Shown piece by piece: positions 33,484-42,881 of a DNA stretch of 64,000 bases. The notes beneath the pieces were generated by a model that had not been told where the DNA came from, did not search any database, and saw only the letters and a program-made list of their open reading frames with translations. This DNA comes from Nitrososphaeria archaeon (lineage in GTDB: Archaea; Thermoproteota; Nitrososphaeria; JACIWG01). A program made the position numbers and the translations under genes. The first letter of the stretch is position 1, and every line of letters begins with the position of its first letter. The DNA is taken from contig CAVVXT010000010.1 of the NCBI GenBank assembly GCA_963752255.1, positions 110,217-174,216 on the forward strand, given 5' to 3'.

Positions 33484-33647
33484 ATATTTAATCCCCTTTA
33501 CATTTCCTTTCTATCTTATTTGCTGTCTTGTCAATAGGTGATAATTCAAGTCTCGATTAATTCTTGAATTTCATCTTATCAGGTTACATATAAAACTTGA
33601 ATTTATTTTTAGGTTCTATATCTTTTTGTAAAAATGATGAACTTGTT

Positions 33648-33845
33648 TTAAATTAGAAATTTATACATACCTTTTCCCAAGAATGTGATAACTTTTTGGT
33701 CTCTCAAAACTTGCAGCTGTTGGCGGATCTTGGGGCGAATGTGCCTGTTTCTGGGATGGAGCCTGGCTAACTGGTCCTCAAACGTGTAGACCTGATCTAA
33801 CGTAAATGTCTCTTGGTCTAGCTTTCTTATACATAGTAGCACATC
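33648..33845 (-). pseudogene. Duplicated 3' end of dpnI (winged-helix domain only)
   Basis: FTLDQVYTFEDQLARLHPRNRHIRPKIRQQLQVLRD; DNA closely similar to 40661-40861. Confidence 0.85.
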
Positions 33846-34240
33846 AACTTTAAATCATTACGATAAATTTCAAAAAAGTATTATAGTTGTCTCGTCCAAA
33901 ACAGGAATACCTTCCTATGTCTCTTTAAAGAGACTTCTAAGAAAATACAAGTCTGAGGTTATTTTACGGGAAAAGTATCATAGGCATGCTTTAACTAAAA
34001 CTCATAGTTATGAATTACTTTTCATAGCACAATAATATGAATGAACCTAATGCTAAAATTGTTCCAATATTAGGTAACGTCTAGCGTCTGAATTTTATAG
34101 GTTATAGGGTTCTGTTAAATATCCTTTGTGTCTCTTCCTTTAATAATCTTTTTATAACAACCATTTCCTCATACATCTTAGAGTTTAGGTGATTTTGTAT
34201 CCGAATTTTTGCTCATGCTCTTTCAATAAGCTTCTTATCA

Positions 34241-34580
34241 CTCCTATTTTTTTCCTATTGCCCTTATTAACTTTCCTAAATAGGATTCTTAAAGTTCCTA
34301 AATAGAAGTCCCTAAATTTCCTACTTAGGAGTCCTATTTCCTGTCCTATTTTCCTGCTTAGGAATCCTATTTTTCCTGTCCTGTTTTCCTATTTTTTTCC
34401 TAAATTTCCTGCTTAGGATTCCTATTTTCCTATTTAGGATTCCTAATTTTCCTATCCACATGAAGCAATTCCTAAAGGTTTCCTGTACACACCCCTATTT
34501 ACCCTCTTTTCCCAGCTAAATTCCTGAACATTCCTATTTTCCTAAATTCCCTATTTAGAAGTCCTGATAACCTGTTCTAT
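34241..34580. repeat. Dense CCT(A/G)/TAGGA repeat array, iteron/origin-like
   Basis: About 29 CCT(A/G) motifs in about 340 bp by manual count, including five TTCCTRNWTAGGANTC(C/T)T units. Confidence 0.8.
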
Positions 34581-34628
34581 AGAATAGTCCTTTAGTTTAA
34601 GGCTGCTCTGATCTGATTTCTTATTATA

Positions 34629-34799
34629 ATGATGACGTCTTTTTATATGACGGGACTGCTCTATAATGAACATTGCAGTTTAATCAAAAACCCAGTCTTT
34701 GATAGAGCTTATAGGAATTACATGCAAAGGATGGTCAACCTCGGATTAATAAAAACTGAGGGAAAAGGAAGATGGAAAAGGTATGAGCTCGTCTCATAA
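34629..34799 (+). pseudogene. Orc1/Cdc6-like C-terminal winged-helix fragment
   Basis: TGLLYNEHCSLIKNPVFDRAYRNYMQRMVNLGLIKTEGKGRWKRYELVS*. Confidence 0.6.
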
Positions 34800-34896
34800 A
34801 ATATTCGTGAAACTCATCAAATTCTCTACTTATAAAACCTGTAGTGATTTTGTAGTAATCGACCTTCTGGGAGTTCGTAGAATTGAAAAGTTTCGC

Positions 34897-35594
34897 CTAC
34901 AGTTCCTCTTTTAAATGGGTAAACTTGGTCCAATTATAAATATCAATCCATCTGGTTATAAGCATATTATTATTGATATTTCTATTCATTTCTTGAATAA
35001 TTTTTCTCTTGGCATCCATTAGGTCTATGGCGTTTATCTTTGCATAATCCTCAACTAATTCTCTGTATTCATTTTGCATTCTGATAAGAAAAGTTGTGTA
35101 GCCTTCAGCAGTTCCAGTTACTCCCCAGTTATCTCGAATATTGGTATCCCATATTATGAATAAATTTGGGTAGACCATATGCATAACTTTTGAAGTGCAT
35201 GTGGATTTAAGAACCGCATTTATATCGTTAAAAGTGTTCTTTACTTCCTGTTTAATGTTATTAATATCGAAGTCAAGGTCAAAATTACAGTTTTTGAATA
35301 TTCCAGAGATACTCGACTAAGTGTCTTAGATTTTTCAATGTTCAGAGATAGAAATTTCTTTTCACCCAATTCCTTTTTTATTTTTCCTATAACTCGTCCC
35401 ATTTTCCATTCAAAAAGAAATTTCTCCACTTGTTTAACATCAGTTGGAGATGTAGTACCATTTACATAGTTCTTCCAAAACGGTTCTTCAAGCCATTGGA
35501 AGTAATCGTCCTCCGCATAAATATCTCTTTTATAAATATCTATTATTCTAAAGAATTCTTTTAGTTTCATAATACTATAGTTCGTCTCAGTCAT
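34897..35594 (-). CDS. Helical DNA-glycosylase-like (DUF6308/OGG-like) protein, frameshifted
   Basis: FLFEWKM; TSKVMHMVYPNLFIIWDTNIR; TRWIDIYNW across two ORFs. Confidence 0.5.
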
Positions 35595-35744
35595 ATTAAT
35601 ACTTTAGTCGAACACCCCAACATCTTTCCGAATTAATTCTTTGGTCTAAAACATCTGATATAAGGCAACTTTTTTGGAGATCACTAACGATAAAAGAATT
35701 GACGCACAAGGCTTTAGGAGATATTGATACTTATAGGAATGGAA

Positions 35745-36326
35745 CTAAGCATTAGGGCTTTCTACAGGATATCTAACCAATAGTATTGTTTCTCTCAGAA
35801 TATCGCTTAAGCAGTGTTCCATTATCATCTTCAATAGGTTTTCTGTTCCTCCTGATAAATATGCTTTCCATAGTCCAGGTACGTCCTTTCCGCATATTTT
35901 ATCATCATTGAAATAATCTTCAGGTTCGCTCATCAGATCATCCAATTTAGGCCATTTTAATCCCGATTCTTCTGCCTTCTTTCTCCATGGCTGCATTATA
36001 TCCACAAAATCATCATCAGCCACTTCCATCTTTAGTTCGATTCTGATAACATCTTTTTCAAATCTGGTGTTATATGAGTAGAGTGGTTTGGGAAGTGTTC
36101 TAATCGTTTCTCTTATCTCCCGGTAGAAGGGCTCCTTTTCTTTCGTTTTTCTTTGAACAATAATGAGTTCGTTCAAACGAAAATAACCAAAGGTAATTAC
36201 CTCGTGTTCTCTGTCTCTGTTTGGTATACCTGTGGTCTCGAAATCAATCAAACTCCCTTTGTTTATGCATAGAGCTAGTGATATAGTCGTCTTTATGTGA
36301 TTCTTGTATACTTTTAATCCATTCAT
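35745..36326 (-). CDS. RNase H-like (RNase_H_2 / DEDD) exonuclease-domain protein
   Basis: IDFETTG, YSYNTRFE, HCLSDILRE. Confidence 0.8.
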   Translation of the reverse strand: MNGLKVYKNHIKTTISLALCINKGSLIDFETTGIPNRDREHEVITFGYFRLNELIIVQRKTKEKEPFYREIRETIRTLPKPLYSYNTRFEKDVIRIELKMEVADDDFVDIMQPWRKKAEESGLKWPKLDDLMSEPEDYFNDDKICGKDVPGLWKAYLSGGTENLLKMIMEHCLSDILRETILLVRYPVESPNA

Positions 36327-36403
36327 TAATTCTAAATTTACTTAGTCTCAATATAAGTTTATCATTTGTCTTTATACGAAAGAGAAATAATCAACGTCAT
36401 AAG

Positions 36404-36455
36404 GAACTTGTTTTAAATTCGAAATTTATACACGCCTTTTCCTAAGAATGTGATA
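36404..36455 (-). repeat. 52-bp copy of the dpnI 3' end
   Basis: gaacttgttttaaattcgaaatttatacacgccttttcctaagaatgtgata matches 33639-33690 and 40652-40703. Confidence 0.85.
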
Positions 36456-36595
36456 GGAATTTGTTGTATATTTTACAAATGAGAGAGCAATCATCAAGAT
36501 TTAATTAAACTGTTCATATATAATATTAACTCGATTTACTTTTTTATTAGAAGATTAGTCATAAGAATAATTCTAAAAGGAAACCAAGAAATCGT

Positions 36596-37100
36596 CTAGT
36601 AACCAATGATCAAATTTCCTTTCAGAGGCAATTTCAGTCTTCCACTGGCATATAGTGTGTCAAAATGGGTGACCACTGTTTCAAAATCAGGATGTTTTCT
36701 ATAGATAATACGAACAGCTATAACTAAAAAGCTCACGTCATGCATCATACAAGCTTCAAACAAGTCCTTTAGAAACTGGTAATTAGTCACAGCCCTTCCA
36801 GCTTCTACTTCAAGGACTGTACCTGTGTCTTTTTGGAAAGCGTTTACCTGAAAAGATTTCTCAAGTTGATTATTTCGCCCAAAAAGGACTGGCACTTATC
36901 TTATCTCCAAGCTTATTGCCTTTCTCCACTTTAAAGCCAATGTCTAGTAGGGACTTCTTCAGAACCAAAAGAACTCCATCGCTGTTCAGTTTGTGCTCTG
37001 AGGAATCTATTGCGCCAGCATGCTGCTTGAAAATGTTAACAACTTTTAGCAGGTATTCAGGTATGACATCTGACTTTGGATAATACTGCCAGCTTGTCAT
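36596..37100 (-). CDS. PD-(D/E)XK restriction-endonuclease-like protein (BglII/BstYI-like EVE motif), frameshifted
   Basis: PVLFG...VLEVEAGRAVTNYQFLKDLF; two overlapping ORFs. Confidence 0.6.
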
Positions 37101-37776
37101 GACATGTACAGATAAATAACAAGTTATATATTATTTATCGCAATATTTCTGTGAATAAAAATGATAAATAATTGGTATCTCTATTGTCACGTTCTAATAA
37201 TTATTGGACAAAATTAATACCTATAGTAATAAAAAACAAACATAATATTTGATTGCTTATATATTGCTCATATTTTTTGAAGATCAGTAAGTTAGAAAGT
37301 ATGATGAAGAATTTGTTTTAAATTCGTAAAATGTTTAGTTTTGGATTACCAGTATAGTCGTCTGAAAAACCTTATATTCAAAGATCATACTGTCTAGAAA
37401 TTAATGTCGAAAACTGAGAAAGAAATAATGGACTTATTAGAATTAGAACAAAAAGAAGTACCTATTCTCTCCTTCCCGCATATAGGGCAAATATTACTCA
37501 TGAATTAATGAAGATTCCGTCAGCATAATTGTAAATATGATCAAATTCAATTTCCTCTGGTGAATAACCTTCAAAACTCTTAAGGCATATGTAACATTCT
37601 TTATGATTGTTTAAAAGAGAGGATTTTTCATCTTGAGTAAGAATCCTCCGTTTTTCTTTGGACATAATTTTCCCTATTTCTGTTTCTTAACATATAAATA
37701 CCTTCTTTTAAGTTTAATGGTATCCGCAACTTTGATAAAACAAGTTTATATAAAAAAGAGATTTTATATCTAGTGT

Positions 37777-38259
37777 ATGAATTCTTTTTATAATCAATCC
37801 AATAGGGAACAGGGGAACAAAATTAAAAGGTTTGATGATATATTCAAGCTTTGGCTTACTATTTTAACTATCATCTTTTCTTTCTCCCTTGCTTATCAAA
37901 GATTTATAATGCCAACTGGCTTTTATTCCACTTTTATATTGATATTGTTATTAACAATAATTTTTTGGTCTGTGGGTCATACAAGAGAAAATATTTTCCT
38001 TGAAGTTTTTTTAAAATTTTTTTCATGGTTTTTATTAATGTATTTTACTGTAATAACAGTATTATATGTTACATACGGAGTAACTAGTTTAAAAAATATA
38101 CCAATTGGAATGATTGTAATGGGTCTTGTTGCTCAATTTTATCTTGTGTTACCTGTCTATTATTATTTTAGAGATTATCTTGCAAATAGGGGAAAATTAG
38201 CCTTTATTTTATTCTTCATAGAAATCATAATTCTGACTATAATTAGTTATTTTTTATAA
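37777..38259 (+). CDS. Hypothetical membrane protein (very AT-rich)
   Basis: 160 aa, about 5 TM segments. Confidence 0.6.
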   Translation: MNSFYNQSNREQGNKIKRFDDIFKLWLTILTIIFSFSLAYQRFIMPTGFYSTFILILLLTIIFWSVGHTRENIFLEVFLKFFSWFLLMYFTVITVLYVTYGVTSLKNIPIGMIVMGLVAQFYLVLPVYYYFRDYLANRGKLAFILFFIEIIILTIISYFL

Positions 38260-38556
38260 CTTTCACTTATCCTTCACTTTCAGCTAGAGGAGATAATAGG
38301 CTAGTTGAAGAGGCCCTAGAAGAATTTAGAGATTCTATTAACTACAATGTGCCTTTATTCCTAACGGTTCAAAATATCCTTGATAAAAGTAAGATCATGT
38401 CTTTTGAAAATAGACCCTAGAACTTTCGACCATTGGACTACACCGCCAGAGCTGGCGATAGAATAAAAAATATAGTGTGGCTAGTTCACCTCTCGCTTTT
38501 TTGACATTAAGGAATAGATTTATAATTTTATATACTCAATAAAGAATAATTGTATT

Positions 38557-39486
38557 TTGAAGTCATTGAATAATGATTGTGATAAAGACTTAGTTGACAA
38601 ACAACTAAAACAAACCCACCTTGCAACTATGTTAGACTATTACTCTGGGAAAGGTGCATCACATATAACAATTTTTATAGCTTTCGTATTTGGTCTTTTT
38701 ACAATACTAGCAATATTATTTTTATCAAATATTACCGATATCCCATTTGTTATATTATCAATTATCTACTTTTTTTTCTCAATTGGAGGATTATATGAGT
38801 TTTTTAAATTCAGTTTTTATAATAATGTTGTAAATCACATAAATGTTGAATTAGATAACCTAGTTCCAACACCAGAATATACAAGTTTTGAATTTGGCTC
38901 TCGCCCCTATTCAGAGCGCAAAGGCTCCAAACTTTCAAAACGTATTTATCGTATCTTCTATTTTTCACGTCAAAGGAGCTTAGTTCTTAATTTGGTTGTA
39001 ATTCTTTTTTCTGGTTCAATTCTTTTTGCTTGGATTGCTTCAATATTTAATCACTTCATCCAATTTGAAATTACTCTAAAGCAAGCCTTATACCCTTTCA
39101 TTGTAATTTTGGTATTTATCGGTGTATTACTATATTATTTAACATCTAGAGAAGAATTAAAAATTGTAAAAACTGATATAAATGATTATGAAATTAATAT
39201 TGAACTTAACGTATTAGAGGATACTGTAATAAGTCAAGTGCGTGTAAATGGAAAACCAATATTAAAAGATAAGATGATAGATGACATAAATGTAGAAATA
39301 TCTCCTATTCCAATATTTAATAAAAAAGGCGAAGCAATTATACCTTTAAAGAAAGGGAAACAGGATTTGAAATTGATATTCCCTAAAGAAAGGAAAACGG
39401 AATTTGAAACAAAGGTCTATTACATAGCAATCTTGACAGAAGGAGAACCTCCTTTACGATATTATACAAGTGCCCCTGAAAAGTAG
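38557..39486 (+). CDS. Hypothetical membrane protein with a C-terminal beta-rich domain
   Basis: 309 aa, 4 TM segments then a beta-strand-like tail. Confidence 0.6.
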   Translation: MKSLNNDCDKDLVDKQLKQTHLATMLDYYSGKGASHITIFIAFVFGLFTILAILFLSNITDIPFVILSIIYFFFSIGGLYEFFKFSFYNNVVNHINVELDNLVPTPEYTSFEFGSRPYSERKGSKLSKRIYRIFYFSRQRSLVLNLVVILFSGSILFAWIASIFNHFIQFEITLKQALYPFIVILVFIGVLLYYLTSREELKIVKTDINDYEINIELNVLEDTVISQVRVNGKPILKDKMIDDINVEISPIPIFNKKGEAIIPLKKGKQDLKLIFPKERKTEFETKVYYIAILTEGEPPLRYYTSAPEK

Positions 39487-39518
39487 CATGTATATATATT
39501 CTACATAATTCGTCATTA

Positions 39519-39746
39519 TTAGTTAACATCTAGCCTTTTCCGTTGAAGTTCTTTAACTATCTTCTCTATTTCTGAAACCTTAGAAATCTCCTTTTCCAAT
39601 ATTTCAACCCTATTCCTTAAACTAATGTTTTCAGTCGCTAGGGAATTAACTAGTGTTTGAAGTTCTTTATTCTTTTCGCTTATTTCTTCAGAATATTCTT
39701 TAACTTTCTCCTTGACCTGCTTTAGAAAGTCTTTAACATGATCTAG
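39519..39746 (-). pseudogene. Coiled-coil gene tail without a start codon, possibly an integrase C-terminus
   Basis: DHVKDFLKQVKE...KELQTLVNSLATENISLRNRVEILEKE...*. Confidence 0.4.
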
Positions 39747-40318
39747 TCTGACCCAAGAATTTTGCTCAATTCTTTCTGATCGCCAAGATCAAGAAGTTTC
39801 TTTATGTCATCTTCCAGTGTCTCTAGCCCAATTTCGCGACGAATTGCACCTGCGGTTATGGAGACATCGTCCCAAAGTTTTCGCCATTGATCAGCTGTTA
39901 AGGTGACTGAACTAGTCTTTTTTAAAACATCGTCATAGATGGCTCTTGCAACCTCTCTAAATATCCCACGAACATTAGAGATTTCTTTCTGAATGTTCGC
40001 CAACCAGATAACGTTCTGCTGTTCAAGCTTCTTCCATTCCTCCAGCTTTATTCCTACCTCACGTCTATAGTCACTTTGTGACGAAAGTAAATAAGGGGAG
40101 TTTGCATACATATTCAAAATAAATCGAACTTCAGCCATCTTCCTGTATGTTGCGTCTAGGGCTTCAACACGCTTAAAGTTTACTGGATCCAATAGCTTCT
40201 GCCTTCTTTCTTTGTCTAAAAGTTTCTCGTTCCACCAATTCGCAATCAAAACGCCAGCCAATGCAGAAGATGCAGAAATTATGGTTGCGGCTATTCCAAA
40301 CCAATCGGAAAGTACCAT
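39743..40318 (-). CDS. Hypothetical protein with N-terminal TM anchor and helical domain
   Basis: 191-aa ORF. Confidence 0.65.
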   Translation of the reverse strand: MVLSDWFGIAATIISASSALAGVLIANWWNEKLLDKERRQKLLDPVNFKRVEALDATYRKMAEVRFILNMYANSPYLLSSQSDYRREVGIKLEEWKKLEQQNVIWLANIQKEISNVRGIFREVARAIYDDVLKKTSSVTLTADQWRKLWDDVSITAGAIRREIGLETLEDDIKKLLDLGDQKELSKILGSD

Positions 40319-40666
40319 AGAGAACTATAAAGATATATTGAATCCTATTCTTAACATTATTCAGACTTGGGAAAATGGTTCAGTTGTATATTAAGATCAA
40401 TCCGATTTCATAATTAGAAAGACCGTCTCCTCCTAATGTACTTATGTGATGTGCTTCCCAACATCCTCTTCAATTTCATTTAGCCTATTCTTTAGGTCAA
40501 TGTCCCTCAGATTTAATTTTCCTCCTATATCAAAACGTTAGTTAATAATAAAAATAGGAGAATAGTTATGATAATTGAAAACCCAAAGCTAGGGAGAAGC
40601 CTCCCCGAAAATCAAAAGCCATACGGAGATGAAAACACATCTATCGCAGAGGAAATAGTTTTAAAT

Positions 40667-41455
40667 TCAAAATTTATACATACCTTGCCCCAAGAATGTG
40701 ATAACCTTTTGGTCTCTTAAAACTTGTAAACTGGCTGGCGGATCTTGGGGCGGATATGTCTGTTTCTGGGGTGGAGCTTAGCTAATTGGTCCTCAAACGT
40801 GTAGGCCTGATTTAACGTGAATGTCTCTTGATCTAGGCTTTCTTATGCATGCCAGCACATCCGTCATCCATCCCCGTGAAAGGGACGACTGTCCAAGTAG
40901 GAATGAAAATCTTTTCCAAGAATACCTTACCGCATTCTTGGGCATTTCAAACCCATCCCTGATGATATGTATTCGAGCATCTGTTGGCAGTTCTCCGAGG
41001 AGAATGCTGGATCCTACCCAGCCGCTCCGTCTAGCAGATTCCCTGAGGGGTTTCCGTTTTTCTACTACTGATTCCGTCATGAAATATTTTGGAACAAGAA
41101 ACAGGTTCGACACATTAAACAATTTCATGTCGTATTGGAGGAAGAGGTAGCTCGGTGCCGTTCCAGCGCGTATTGCTTTGATCTTCGGTTCATAGGCGGA
41201 GTTCATGATCTGATATCCGTAGGGGTGGCTCTGGCTCTTCAGTTGATATTCTTCCAGACAGTCCGGGCAGACAAAGTCCACTACCTGCCTTCCTGTTGGA
41301 GTGGTAGATAATACATCGGATGCGCACGCTGGGCAGTACAGGTTCTCCTGAACCCAATCTTCGGTGAGAACTCTTGCCCGTTGGGACAGGCTCCTATATG
41401 GCGATGCTATTTCAGGTTTTAGCTCAAGCTTCAATCTGAACTCAGAAAATATCAA
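40667..41455 (-). CDS. dpnI: DpnI-family (Dam-replacing) Gm6ATC-dependent restriction endonuclease (frameshifts in the wH tail)
   Basis: SQRARVLTEDW, CPAC, DFVCPDC.EEYQLKS, RKPL..ARRSGWVG, wH C-terminus. Confidence 0.9.
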
Positions 41456-41980
41456 GAGTTTCTAAAATTTATAGGTTATGATATAAGAAATTCGTGCATG
41501 TGATTAAAAAGCTTAATATTTTGCCTTCCATTAAGATGTCCATAAGTCAGAATGTCGGAAGAATTGATTAAAGGGTATATTGAGGATTACAATTATCAAG
41601 AGGACAATCAGGGAACTTATCGTGACTTTATTCATATAGAAAAAAGATATATGTTCACCATTCTTGATTCTTGCAAAAGTCCCAAAGAGATCTTTTTATG
41701 CTATTAGTGTAACCTGCAAGAGCATATTTTCTAAACAGATCCAATTATACCTTTTATTTAGTCCGGTGATTGTTTCCAAATTTTGGGATAGTCTATGGAC
41801 AATAGGGAGAATATCTTTTAGGTTGCGGCGGGTAGTGGAAGATGGTTAACGGGTGATAGCTTGCTAGACTGCGATGTCAGCCTATGGCTGGTGTCCCCTA
41901 AAAAAGCCCAGTACACCCCAGCAGAAGACCCTACCACCCATATTTAATGGCAGCACAAATTTTGCCAGATAAAAATCTAA

Positions 41981-42078
41981 ATTATCCACCATTATCCTCA
42001 CCATTATCCTCACCATTATCTTCCATTATCCTTATACGTTATGCCCCCATTATCCTAATTATTATCCAAGATTATCTT
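41981..42078. repeat. Helically phased ATTATC(C) direct-repeat array
   Basis: ATTATC at 41981, 41991, 42003, 42015, 42025, 42049, 42061, 42071; degenerate GTTATG at 42038. Confidence 0.85.
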
Positions 42079-42240
42079 AAAGCTAGTGCCTTTATCGATT
42101 CCAAATTTTATCAACTCCGAGAATCTGCCTTTCCTAGCTATGAATATCTTTGTTTAAAGTAGAGTGAATTCACTTCACGGTAATGTAGTAATAGAATATT
42201 TAATGTACCTTCTCAGTATACAACTCTCTGAGATCTTTTA

Positions 42241-42813
42241 TCACATTTGCATAGAACCCAACGCTACTAATGATATGCCGACAAGAAAAGCTCCTAAAGT
42301 AGCAGCAATCTGAGTTGTGTTATTTTTTAAATTCGCTTTTGCAAGTTCTGTTCCACACTCTTGACATCTGACCTGATCCCGCGAACTTTGTCCTTGGACG
42401 GGGATAAGGTTACTACATACAGGGCATGGAACAATTTTCATATCGATCTCCTCACTGTAACCGCATCCAAGAGTGATCATTTTCACCATGCCCCTTTTTT
42501 CTTCGATGACACCAAGCTTCAACATAAGGTGGATCAATTCTTGTTTACGCCATGGAATTTCTTCCCATCTCTTTTGTCCCCAATCATCAAAGTCTTTAAG
42601 CTCCGCTTCAATTCTTCCTCCTAGTTCGGTTAACGCATAACGCGGTGTAACGGTTGAAAATTTGAGCACGACTCCAGCTTTTTCAAAATCCACTAGTATG
42701 CGATAGACGGTTGTGGGGTTAATGTTCGCAAAACTCACTTTTTCAACTACTTCAGCTAAGGTGGGGGCTTGATCAGACTCTTTTAGGACTTTCAAAATTT
42801 TCGCCTTTAACAT
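42241..42813 (-). CDS. Winged-helix DNA-binding protein with Zn-ribbon and C-terminal TM anchor
   Basis: KILKVLK...TLAEV...PTTVYRILVDFEKAGVV...RYALT; CPVC...CQEC; hydrophobic tail. Confidence 0.75.
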   Translation of the reverse strand: MLKAKILKVLKESDQAPTLAEVVEKVSFANINPTTVYRILVDFEKAGVVLKFSTVTPRYALTELGGRIEAELKDFDDWGQKRWEEIPWRKQELIHLMLKLGVIEEKRGMVKMITLGCGYSEEIDMKIVPCPVCSNLIPVQGQSSRDQVRCQECGTELAKANLKNNTTQIAATLGAFLVGISLVALGSMQM

Positions 42814-42881
42814 GAATTACAACTCACGCTCAGTTTGTAATGGTGGTAGGTCGGTATAAAAGGTTGCGGTAGTTTAGAAAA

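Noticed and set aside
33500-41500. Classical integron with attC sites
   Set aside because: No IntI gene and no convincing RYYYAAC...GTTRRRY hairpins by eye; cargo genes lie on both strands
34241-42078. Either repeat array as a CRISPR array
   Set aside because: Units are 4-19 bp with no unique 30-40 bp spacers, and there are no cas genes in the window
41947-42162. 71-aa ORF containing PLSSPLSSPLSS
   Set aside because: Translation of the ATTATC DNA array; irregular 10-13 bp spacing argues against coding
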